Source of the DNA: Felis catus
Taxonomy: Eukaryota
Reading direction: 5' to 3'
Assembly: GCF_018350175.1 (NCBI RefSeq)
Contig: NC_058368.1
Coordinates: 166,720,001-166,784,000 of the forward strand
Length of the DNA stretch: 64,000 nt
Below, piece by piece: positions 13,701 to 24,950 of this stretch. The notes under the pieces are model-generated. The model did not search any database, was not told the origin of the DNA, and saw nothing but the letters and a program-made list of their open reading frames with translations. Within the stretch, counting starts at the first letter, position 1. The number at the start of each line of letters is the position of its first letter. A program made the translations under genes and the position numbers.

Positions 13701-14548
13701 TACTCGACACATCCCCAAAGGCAAGGGAATTAAAAGCAAAAGTGAATTGCTGGGACCTTATGAAGATAAAAAGCTTCTGCACAGCAAAGGAACCAACCAA
13801 CAAAACTAAAAGGCAACCAACGGAATGGGAAAAGATATTCGCAAATGACATATCGGACAAAGGGCTAGTATCCAAAATCTATAAAGAGCTCACCAAAGTC
13901 CACACCCGAAAAACCAATAACCCAGTGAAGAAATGGGCAGAAAACATGAATAGACACTTCTCTAAAGAAGACATCCGGATGGCCAACAGGCACATGAAAA
14001 GATGTTCAGCGTCGCTCCTTATCAGGGAAATACAAATCAAAACCACACTCAGGTATCACCTGACGCCAGTCAGAGTGGCCAAAATGAACAAATCAGGAGA
14101 CTATAGATGCTGGAGAGGATGTGGAGAAACGGGAACCCTCTTGCACTGTTGGTGGGAATGCAAATTGGTGCAGCCGCTCTGGAAAGCAGTGTGGAAGTTC
14201 CTCAGAAAATTAAAAATAGACCTACCCTATGACCCAGCAATAGCACTGCTAGGAATTTATCCAAGGGATACAGGAGTACTGATGCATAGGGCCACTTGTA
14301 CCCCAATGTTCATAGCAGCACTCTCAACAATAGCCAAATTATGGAAAGAGCCTAAATGTCCATCAACTGATGAATGGATAAAGAAATTGTGGTTTATATA
14401 CACAATGGAGTACTACGTGGCAATGAGAAAAAATGAAATATGGCCTTTTGTAGCCACGTGGATGGAACTGGAGAGTGTGATGCTAAGTGAAATAAGCCAT
14501 ACAGAGAAAGACAGATACCATATGGTTTCACTCTTATGTGGATCCTGA
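10728..14548 (+). pseudogene. L1 ORF2p (endonuclease/reverse transcriptase), disrupted
   Basis: TLNVNGLN, CLQETH, GDFN, SDH, YRPISL and CWWEC motifs; start codon is TTG (ATG in paralog at 19512); frameshifts near 10950, 11230 and 12660; TGA at 12932-12934; FADD changed to FAED at 12818-12829. Confidence 0.95.
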
Positions 14549-14787
14549 GAAACTTAATAGAAACCCATGGGGGAGGAGAAGGAAAAAAAAAAAACAGGTT
14601 AGAGTGGGAGACAGCCAAAGCATAAGAGACTGTTAAAAACTGAGAACAAACTGAGGATTGATGGGGGGTGGGAGGGAGGAGAAGGTGGGTGATGGGTATT
14701 GAGGAGGGCACCTTTTGGGATGAGCACTGGGTGTTGTATGGAAACCAATTTGACAATAAATTTCATATATAAAAAAAAAAAAGTAAA

Positions 14788-16970
14788 TGGTAGAATTCCT
14801 ATGAGAAGCCATCTGGCCCAGGAGTCTTATTTGTTGGGAGTTTTTGATAACTGATTCAATTTCTTGTCTGGTTATGGTTCTGTTCAAATTTTTTATTTCT
14901 TCCTGTTTGAGTTTTGGTAGTCTGTGGGTCTAGGAATTTGTCCATTTCTTCCAAGTTGTCCGGTTTGTTGGCATATAATTTTTCATAGTATTCTCTAATA
15001 ACTGTATATCTGTTGTGTTGTGATCTCTCCTCTTTCATTCATGATTTTATCTATTTGGGCTCTCTCTCTTTTGTTTTTGAGAAGTCTTGCTAGGGGTTTA
15101 TCAATTTTGTTTATTCTTTCAAAGAACCAGCTCTTAGATTCATTGATCTGTTCAACTGTTTTTTTTTATTCTATATTGTTTATTTTGCTCTAATCTTTAT
15201 TAGTTTTCTTCTGCTGCTGGCGTTGGGGTTTCTTGCTGTTCTGCTTCTAGTTCTGTTAGGTGTGTACTTAGGTTTTGTATTTGGGATTTTTCTTCTTTCT
15301 TGAGATAAGCCTGGATTGCAATGTATTTTCCTCTTTGGGCCACCTTTGCTGCATCCCAAAGGGTTTGGACTGTTGTGTTCATTTTTGTTTTCATCCATGT
15401 GGTTTTTTTTTTAATTTCTTCTCCTTTTTTAAAACTTTTTTCAATGTTCATTTACTTTTAACAGAGAGAGAGACAAAGTGCAAGCAGGGAAGAGGCAGAG
15501 AGAGAGAAAGAAAGAGAATCTGAAACAGGCACCAGGCTCCAAGCTGTCAGCACAGAGCCCAATGTGGGGCTCAAACTCATGAGCTGCAAGGTCATGACCT
15601 GAGCCAAAGTCAGATGCTTAACAAACTGTGTCACCCAATTGCTCCTTTAATTTCTTCTTTAATTGTCTGGTTGACTCATTCATTCTTTAGTAGGATTTTC
15701 TTTAACCTCCATGCATTTGGAGGCTTTCTAAAACTTTTCTTGTGGTTGATTTCACATTTTATAGTGTTGTGATCTGAAAATATGCATTGTATAATCTCAA
15801 TTATTTTATATTTATTGAGGGATGTTTTGTGACCCAGTATGTGATCTGTCTTGGAGAATGTTCCATGTGCATTAGAGAAGAATGTGTATTCTGCTGCTTT
15901 TGGATGAAAAGTTCTAAATACATGTCAAGTCCATCTGGTCCAGTGTATCATTCACGGCCATTGTTTCTTTATTGATTTTCTGCCTATGTGATGTGTCCAC
16001 TGTTGTAAGTGGAGTGTTGAAGTCCCCTGCAATTACCATATTCTTATCAGTAAGATTGCTTATGTTTGTGATTAATTGATTTGTATATTTGGGTGTTTCA
16101 AGTTGGGAGCATAAACATTTATAATTGTTAGCTCTTCTTGATGGATAGATCCTGTAATGATATAATGCCCTTCTTCATCTCTTGTTATAGCCTTTAGTTT
16201 AAAATATAGTTTGTCTGATATAAATATGGCTATTCCAGCTTTCTTTTGACTTCCAGTAGCATAATAGATGGTTCTCCATCTCCTCGATATCAATCTGAAG
16301 GTGTCCTTCAGGTCTAAAATGAATCTCTTGTAGACAGCATATAGATGGATCTTGGTGTTTTATCCATTCTGTTACCCTATGACTTTTGGCTAGGACATTT
16401 AGTCCATTTACATTGAGTTATTATTGAAAGATATGGATTTAGTGTCATTGTATTATCTGTAGGTTCCATGCTTGTGTTGATGACTCTGGTCCTTTGTAGT
16501 CTTTGCAGCATTCCACTCACAGAGTCTCCATAGGATCTCTTGCAGGGTTGGTTTAGTGGTCATGAACTCCTTCAGTTTTTGTTTGTCTGGGAAAGACTTA
16601 TCTCTCCTATTCTGAATGACAGCCTTGCTGGATAAAGGATTCTTGGCTGCATAGTTTCCTATTCAGCACATTGAATATTTCCTGCCACTCCCTTCTGGCC
16701 TGTCAAGTCTCAGTGGACAGGTCTTCTACTACCCTTACATGATGTGTCTCAGGGTAGTAGATTCTAGTATCCCTAAGGGTACTTATAGGTTAAGGCCTAT
16801 TTGTCTCTAGCTGCCTCAGAATTCTCTCTTAATCTTTGTGTTTTGCCAGTTTCACTATGACATGCCATGGAGAAGACCTAGTCTTGTTGAATCTGAAGGG
16901 AGTTTTCTGTGCCTCCTGGATTTGGGTGTCCATTTCCTTTCTCAGATTAGGGAAGTTCTCAGCTATAATT
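14788..16970 (-). mobile_element. Continuation of the older minus-strand L1 (ORF2 EN region and 3' part of ORF1), 5'-truncated
   Basis: Resumes at tggtagaattcc, where the 5900-8638 piece stopped; ORF fragments 14856-15038, 15200-15451 and 16072-16293. Confidence 0.93.
15423..15645 (-). mobile_element. Can-SINE inserted in L1
   Basis: Reverse-strand SINE body; TSD tttaatttcttct at 15410-15422 and 15646-15658. Confidence 0.9.
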
Positions 16971-18578
16971 TATGTTATTAAACTCATTAATTTGATTTTA
17001 CAAGTGAAATATTTAGTCAGGTGTATGTGGGCCTCCGTTTTCAGTCTTGTCTCAGACTCCATATATAATAGGGGTGAACTAGTTCATAAGAGGTGATCCC
17101 CAGCCAATATCCTCAATCTAAATATACAGTCACTCCAACCTTGAACATTGAACTTGCAGAAATTCTAATATGAATTTTACTTCCTTATACTTCATGTGTC
17201 TACTGGCAAGGCCATTAGGTAGATTTGGGAAGGTGCACACCTGTCACTAGACAATATTGCTTTCTCTGTATCTTATCCTGACCATGATGATTTCCTACTA
17301 TACCTTTTAAATATGCAAACCAAAGTTGATTTACCCATGTTGCCTGTATAAATAAAAACTTAAAATTGCCATTTGTCAATAAGGTAGTTGTACAGTTTTT
17401 CACTAATGATATCTGCTATTTTTATTTACATCTTTTTATTGTTTTAGACATAAAGGGGAATCTGGATAGTTTAATTTTTTGTTTTACAAAAGAACATTCA
17501 TATATATACTAATAAACTACATTGTAATTCATTCAGTATTTCTTTCATGTATTGATTGGATATTTGGTGAGTACATAATATGTGCCATATTCTTTTTGGT
17601 TTGGAAATAAGAGAAAAAATTTTTTTCTAAAGTTTAGTAGGAAAAGATAAGTAATAGTAAGAAAAATGCAGTGCTATTTTAACATATATTACCTAGAGAA
17701 AAGAATCTCAACAAAGCAAACTTTTGTTGGAGAGCCTGTGGAAAATGGAACATAATGTCATTAATGGCATTTTTGAGTCAGATGCAAGATTTCCAGTTGA
17801 CTATAAGTAAAAACACCTAGATTTGATTTTCCTATTTTAGTTTTGAGGACAACAGAACTGTAGAGATTCTGAGAAGGATGGCAGTTCTAGCACATTTTAC
17901 AAAAATACTACTAGCCAGTATATAATTAAATAAGGAAAACATAACAATAGAAAATACATGAAGAGTTATAGAAAGTCTATTCACCTCATGTTACATGAAA
18001 ATTCAGATGATATTGAAGGGAACAAAATAAACTCAAATAAAACTTTCTGGACTCAGTACAGAATGACCTATCAAAGGTGGGTGCTTTTCTGACAGACTGT
18101 ATTACTATTTATCAGTTTGGGAAAGACAGTGCTTAAGAAGTGGATGGGGCTACAAAACCTTTTTAGAAATTATTTTACCCTTGCTGATAGAGAAGAGTTG
18201 TAGAACTAAAGGAGAATATGGTAGGCTAAGTAGTAGCATACTTTAATTTTTGCCATAGTCTAGAATCCTAGAAAGAAGAGTAAAGTATGAAAGGCAGCCT
18301 CCTTAGGGCTTAAAGCAGTGTAAACATACAAAACAAGTTACAATGCAAACACAATGAATAGAAGAGTTTCATTCCAAATAAAACCTCACTAAAGTGAGAA
18401 TTTAAAAGGCGAAATATTTATTCAATCTGAATACAAACCAGAGTGTCACTAAAGTGGGAATTTATACCAAAATTCCAGCAAAAACAAGGAACAGAGGCCC
18501 CGCCCACCAATGCAAGTTATTCAAGACAGCACAGGGGAAGTGCCCGGCAGTTCCGCACCAGTCCAGGGACTATCCAAA

Positions 18579-19462
18579 ATGACAAAATGGAAGAATTCCC
18601 CTCAAAAGAATCTCCAGGAAATAACAACAGCCAACGAACTGATCAAAAACGATTTAAACAATATAACAAAAAGTGAATTTAGAATAATAGTCACAAAATT
18701 AATCGCTGGGCTTGAAAACAGTATAAAGGACAGCAGAGAATCTATTGCCACAGAGATCAAGGGACTAAGGAAGAGCAAGGAGGAGCTAAAAAATGCTATT
18801 AATGAGCTGCAAAATAAAATGGAGATGACCACAGCTTGGATTGAAGAGGCAGAGGAGAGAATAGGTGAACTAGAAGATAAAATTATGGAAAAAGAAGAAG
18901 CTGAGAAAAAGATAAAAAAATCCAAGAGTATGAGGGAATAATTAGAGAACTAAGTGATGCACTGAAGAGAAATAATCTACGCATAATTGGTATTCCAGAG
19001 TAGGAAGAGAGGGAAAGGTGCTGCAGGTATACTTGAAAATAATAGCTGAGAACTTCCCTGATCTGGGCAAGGAAAAAGGCATTGAAATCCAAGAGGCACA
19101 GAGAACTCCATTCAGATGTAACTTGAATCGATCTGCATGACATATCATAGTGAAACTTGCAAAATACAAGGATAAAGAGAAAATTCTGAAAGTAGCTAGA
19201 GATAAACATGCTCTAACATATAAAGGGAGACCAATAAGACTCATGACTGATCTCTCTACTGAAACTTGGCAGGCCAGAAAGGAATGGTACGAGATCTTCA
19301 ATGTGCTGAACAGAAAAAAATATGCAGCCGAGAATCCTCTATCCAGCAAATCTGTAATTTAGAATAGAAGGAGAGATAAAGGTCTTCCCTAACAAACAAA
19401 AACTGAAGTAATTCAACACCACTAAACCAGCCCTACATGAGATCCTAAGGGGGATCCTGTGA
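18579..19462 (+). pseudogene. L1 ORF1, frameshifted
   Basis: MTKWKNSPQKNLQE...; split across ORFs 18510-18941 and 19150-19362. Confidence 0.9.
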
Positions 19463-19511
19463 GACAAAGACCAGAGACATCGCTACAAGCATGAAACCTA
19501 CAGACATCACA

Positions 19512-22500
19512 ATGACTCTAAACCCATATCTTTCTATAATAACACTGAATGTAAATGGACTAAATGCTCCAACCAAAAGACATAGGGTATCAGAATGGAT
19601 AAAAAAACAAGACCCATCTATTTGCTGTCTACAAGAGACTCGTTTTAGACCTGAGGACACTTTCAGATTGAAATTGAGGGGATGGAGAACTATTTATCAT
19701 GCTACTTGAAGTCAAAAGAGAGCTGGAGTAGCCATACTTATATCAGACAAACTAGACTTTAAATTAAAGGCTGTAACAAGAGATAAAGAAGGGCATTATA
19801 TAATAATTACAGGGTCTATTCATCAAGAAGAACTAACAATTATAAATGTCTATGTGCCGAATATGGGAGCCCCCAAATATATAAAATAATTACTCACAAA
19901 CATAAGCAACCTTATCGACAAGAATGTGGCAATTGCAGGGGACTTTAATATCCCACTTACAACAATGGATAGATCATCTAGACACATGGTCAATAAAGAA
20001 ACAAGGTCCTGAATGATACATTGGATCAGATGGACTTGACAGATATATTTAGAACTCTGCATCCTAAAGCAAGAGAATATACTTTCTACTCGAGTACACA
20101 TGGAACATTCTCCAAGAAGGATCACATACTGGGTCACAAAACAGCCCTTCATAAGTATACAAGAATTGAGATCATACCATGCATACTTTCGGACCACAAT
20201 GCGATGTAGCTTGATATCAACCACAGGAAAAAGTCTGGAAAACCTCCAAAAGCATGGAGGTTAAAGAACACTCTACTAAAGAATGAATGGGTCAACCTGG
20301 CAAGTAGAGAAGAAATTCAAAAATATATGGAAATCAAGGAAAATGAAAATACAACAATCCAAACACTTTGGGATGCAGCGAAGGCAGTCCTAAGAGGAAA
20401 ATACATTGCGATCCAGGCCTATCTCAAGAAACAAGAAAAATCCCAAATACAAAATCTAACAGCACAACTAAAGGAAATAGAAGCAGAACAGCAAAGACAC
20501 CCTAAACCCAGCAGAAAAAGAGAAATAATAGGATCAGAGCAGAAATAAACAATATAGAATCTAAAAAAAACTGTAGAGCAGATCAACGAAACCAAGAATT
20601 GGTTTTTTGAAAAAAAAACAAAACAAAATTGACAAATCTCTAACCAGGCTTCTCAAAAAGAAAAGGGAGATGACCCAAAGGGATATAATCATGAATGAAA
20701 ATGGAATTATTACAACCAATCCCTCAGAAATACAGGCAATTAGGGGCGCCTGGGTGGCGCAGTCAGTTAAGCGTCCGACTTCAGCCAGGTCACGATCTCG
20801 CGGTCCTTGGGTTCAAGCCCCGTGTCGGGCTCTGGACTGATGGCTCAGAGCCTGGAGCCTGTTTCTGATTCTGTGTCTCCCTCTCTCTCTGCCCCTCCCC
20901 CGCTCATGCTCTGTCTCTCTCTGTCCCAAAAATAAATAAAAAACGTGGAAAAAAAATTAAAAAAAAAAAGAAATACAGGCAATTATCAGGGAATACTATG
21001 AAAAATTATATGATATGCCAACAAACTGGACAACCTGGAAGAAATGGACAAATTCCTAAACACCCACACACTCCAAAACTCAAACAGGAGGAAATAGAAA
21101 GCTTGAACAGACCCATAACCAGCAAAGAAATTGAATCAGTTATCAAAAATCTCCCAAAAAATAAGAGTCCAGGACCAGATGGCTTCCCTTGGGAATTCTA
21201 CCAGACATTTAAGCAGACATAATAGCTATCCTTCTCAAGCTATTCCCAAAAATAGAAAGGGAAGGAAAACTTCCAGACTCATTCTATGAAGCCAGTATTA
21301 CTTTGATTCCTAAACCAGACAGAGACCCAGTTAAAAAAGAGAACTACAGGCCAATATCCCTGATGAATATGGATGCAAAAATTCTCAATAAGATACTAGC
21401 AAATCAAATTCAACAGCTTATAAAAGGAATTATTCACCTTGATCAAGTGGGATTCATTCCTGGGATGCAGGGCTGGTTCAACATTCGCAAATCAATCAAC
21501 GTGATACATCACATTAATAAAAGAAAAGATAAGAACCATATGATCCTGTCAATCGATGCAGAAAAAGAATTTGACAAAATTCAGCATCTTTTACTAATAA
21601 AAACCTCGAGAAAGTGGGGATAGAAGGAACATACTTAAACATCATAAAAGCCATTTAGGAAAAGCCCACAGCTAATATCATCCTCAATGGGCAAAACTGA
21701 GAGCTTTTCCCTGAGATCAGGAACACAACAGGGATGTCCACTCTCACCGTTGTTGTTTCACATAGTGTTGGAAGTGCTAGCATCAGCAATCAGACAACAA
21801 AAGGAAATAAAAGACATCAAAACTGGCAAAGATGAAGTTAAGCTTTCACTTTTTCCAGATGACATGATAATATACATGGAGAACCCGATAGACTCCACCA
21901 AAAGTCTGCTAGAACTGATACATGAATTCAGCAAAGCTGCAGGATACAAAATCAATGTACAGAAATCAGTTGCATTCTTATACTAATAATGAAGCAACAG
22001 AAAGACAAATAAAGAAACATCCCATTCACAATTGCACCAAGAAGCATAAAATACCTAGGAATAAATCTAACCAAAGATGTAAAAGATCTGTATGCTGAAA
22101 ACTATAGAAAGCTTCTACACATTCAATGCATCTACACATTCAATGCAATCCCAATCAAAATTGCACCAGCATTCTTCTCGAAGCTAGAACAAGCAATCCT
22201 AAAATTCATATGGAACCACAAAAGGCCCCGAATAGTCGAAGTAATTTTGAAGAAGAAACCAAAGCAGGAGGCATCACAATCCCATACTTTAGCCTCTACT
22301 ACAAAGCTGTCATCATCAAGATAGCATGGTATTTGCACAGAAAGAGACACATAGACCAATGGAATAGAATAGAAACCCCAGAACTAGACCCACAAATGTA
22401 TAGCCAACTAATCTTTCACAAAGCAGGAAAGAATATCCAATGGAAAAAAGACAGTCTCTTTAACCAATGGTGCTGGGAGAACTGGACAGCAACATGCAGA

Positions 22501-23495
22501 AGAATGAAACTAGACCACTGTGTCACACTATTCACAAAAAAACTCAAAATGGATAAAGGACCTGAATGTGAGACAGGAAACCATCAAAACCCTAGAGGAG
22601 AAAGCAGGAATAGACCTCTCTGACCTCAGATGTAGCAATTTCTTACTTGACACATCCCCAAAGGCAAGGGAATTAAAAGCAAAAATGAACTATTGGGACC
22701 TCATGAAGATAAAAGGTTTCTGTACAGCAAGGGAAACAATCAACAAAACTGAAAGGCAACCAACGGAATGCCAACAGAAAAGATATTTGCAGATGACATA
22801 TCAGACAAAGGGCTAGTATCCAAAATCTATAAAGAGCTCACCAAACTCCACACCCAAAAAACAATATTCCAGTGAAGAAATTGGCAGAAAACATGAATAG
22901 ACACTTCTCTAAGGAAGACATCCAGATGGCCAACAGGCACATGAAAAGATGCTCAACGTCGCTCCTCATCAGGGAAATACAAATCAAAACCACACTCAGA
23001 TATCACCTCACGCCAGTCAGAGTGGCCAAAATGAACAAATCAGGAGATTATAGATGCTGGAGAGGATTTGGAGAAATGGGAACCCTCTTGCATTGTTGGT
23101 GGGAATGCAAACTGGTGCAGCCGCTCTGGAAAACAGTGTGGATGTTCCTCAAAAAATTAAAAATAGACCTACCCTATGACCCAGCAGTAGCACTGCTAGG
23201 AATTTACCCAAGGGATACAGGAGTACTGATGCATAGGGGCACTTGTACCCCAATGTTCATAGCAGCACTGTCAACAATAGCCAAATTATGGAAAGAGCCT
23301 AAATGTCCATCAACTGATAAGTGGATAAAGAAATTGTGGTTTATATACACAATGGAGTACTACGTGGCAATGAGAAAGAATGAAATATGGCCCTTTGTAG
23401 CAACGTGGATGGAACTGGAGAGTGTGATGCTAAGTGAAATAAGCCATACAGAGAAAGACAGATACCATATGTTTTCACTCTTCTGTGGATCCTGA
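19512..23495 (+). pseudogene. L1 ORF2 with multiple stops and frameshifts, a SINE insertion and an internal deletion
   Basis: EN/RT fragments (YRPISL, FPDD, CWWEC); ends ...FSLFCGS*. Confidence 0.92.
20743..20968 (+). mobile_element. Young Can-SINE (SINEC_Fc) inside L1 ORF2
   Basis: Perfect 17-bp TSD agaaatacaggcaatta at 20726-20742 and 20969-20985. Confidence 0.97.
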
Positions 23496-23934
23496 GACAC
23501 TTAACAGAAACCCATGGGGAAGGGGAAGGAAAAAAAATGAGGTTAGAGTGGGAGAGAGCCAAGGCATAAGAGACTCTTGAAACTGAGAACAAACTGAGTG
23601 TTGATGGGGGGATGGGAGGGAGGGAAGGGTAGGTGATGGGCATTGAGGAGGGCATCTTTTGGGATGAGCACTGGGTTTTGTATGGAAACCAATTTGACAA
23701 TAAATTTCATATATTAAAAAAATTAAAATAAAAAATACAAAAAATAAAAAACAGAAGTTATAAAAAAAGAAATGATTTTTGAAATAAGACAAATACCTCC
23801 AGATGACAAAAAAACTAAAGCAGAAGTTTCTGATATGAAAATAAAGTCTTCCCATCTCTAGTACCAAAAAAAAAAAAAAAAATCATCTCCAACTACAAAC
23901 ATAACTACTAACAGAAATTAAAGTTTGTGAAACC

Positions 23935-24072
23935 AAGTATTTTAGCCACTAGCCACATGTAACTACTGAACATCAAAAATATGGAAAAAGGAACTTGTTT
24001 TAATATTTTTCAAGTTTCACTTAAATTTAAACAGCTGCATGTCAGTATTAGCCACTGTGTAAAACAGTGCAT
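23935..24072. mobile_element. MER3-like hAT-Charlie MITE relic
   Basis: tagccactagccacatgt...ttaaatttaaacagctgcatgt...tagccactgtgtaaaacagtgca resembles the MER3 internal inverted repeats. Confidence 0.6.
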
Positions 24073-24079
24073 GTATTGA

Positions 24080-24230
24080 CATAATAAGAACCCTTCCTGA
24101 CATACAGATTTTTTTCTAGTGGTGAAAAAAGAAAAACATTAGGAATATGTAAACAATCACATGAAGTGATAATAAGATAATTTCAGACTGTGATGAGTGC
24201 CATGAGTAAAATAATGTAACATGTATATTT
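24080..24230 (-). mobile_element. L2 fragment
   Basis: aagataatttcagactgtgatgagtgccatga motif typical of the L2 3' region. Confidence 0.45.
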
Positions 24231-24516
24231 GTTGGCAGACAGTCTAGATAGCATGATGGATAAAAAGGCTGGAATTTATGTTCAAGCCTAAAAGAGAAAT
24301 ATATGAATAGTAGATATATGATTTTCCCATCTCTCTTAGCCTAGCGTTAGCTGATAGTCAATGTTCAGAGTTCTTTGATTTTTCTGGCATGGCGCAAGTT
24401 TTGCTGATCGTCTCCTTGTCCTGTGCTCATTATTTACAAGGGACATCTGCAACTGAATGCGTGGCGTCCATGTACTGACACCCTTATAATTATCTGTAAT
24501 ATACTCATTTTCTTAC

Positions 24517-24681
24517 CATCTGCAGATTTTTGGTTTGTTCTTAAAGCAGAGTTTTGAATGTATTCTTTATAAGAAACTTTGCAATTTTTAAGTTCTCGTG
24601 GATGTCAGCTGAAAATTTTAATTTTCCTAGATTTGCACAGAGCTGGTTCTCCCTTCTCTTCATTTTCACTTATGGTGTTAT
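24517..24681 (-). other. Exon-like segment (165 bp, phase 1-1) with one in-frame TGA
   Basis: Acceptor tttcttttgtttttcatcataaaag|, donor GATG|GTAAGA; reads DNTISENEEKGEPALCKSRKIKIFS*HPRELKNCKVSYKEYIQNSALRTNQKSAD. Confidence 0.35.
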
Positions 24682-24808
24682 CTTTTATGATGAAAAACAA
24701 AAGAAATGTACTTTAATATTTAAAAGTAATTCTATATTTAAATTTGGATGGAAAGAAATATTTTCTTTTTTGCACCAACTGATTTTGGGAAAGCATTAAA
24801 CATTCCAC

Positions 24809-24950
24809 CTGACTTCTTGACCTCAGATGTAAAGAGATACTCATTTGTAATCATTAGATATCCAATAGTTTGTATATTAATTGGTATTAATCATAGAAGT
24901 ATACCCAAGGAATCCCTGGATAACAAAATGTGAAAGGAGTGTCGCTCAAC
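24809..24950 (-). other. Exon-like segment; 3' end uncertain (24905 or 24809)
   Basis: Strong acceptor ttttttgtttgtatctgtttag|G; candidate donors TGG|gtatac or CAG|gtggaa. Confidence 0.3.

Larger units (their letters stand above)
8854..14782 (+). mobile_element. Full-length young felid L1 (L1_Fc-like), inactivated
   Basis: CpG-rich 5'UTR, ORF1, ORF2 (EN/RT/Cys-rich), G-rich 3'UTR, AATAAA at 14755, poly-A 14771-14782; TSD core tggtaga at 8632-8638 and 14788-14794. Confidence 0.97.
18496..23750 (+). mobile_element. Felid L1 truncated within the 5'UTR, with ORF1, ORF2 and 3'UTR (disrupted)
   Basis: Highly similar to the 8.9-14.8 kb copy from ~9700 onward; A-rich tail ~23716-23750. Confidence 0.96.

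Noticed and set aside
17241..17343. Minus-strand acceptor (ttttatttatacag) followed by a P-loop-like GNMGKSTL or by ATWVNQLWFAYLK
   Set aside because: The candidate donors are weak, the frame is ambiguous and no other NTPase motifs are present. It could belong to the candidate exon chain but cannot be supported.
18381..18396. cctcactaaag resembling the T3 promoter core (possible vector contamination)
   Set aside because: It is only an 11-bp partial match with no other vector sequence, so a chance match.
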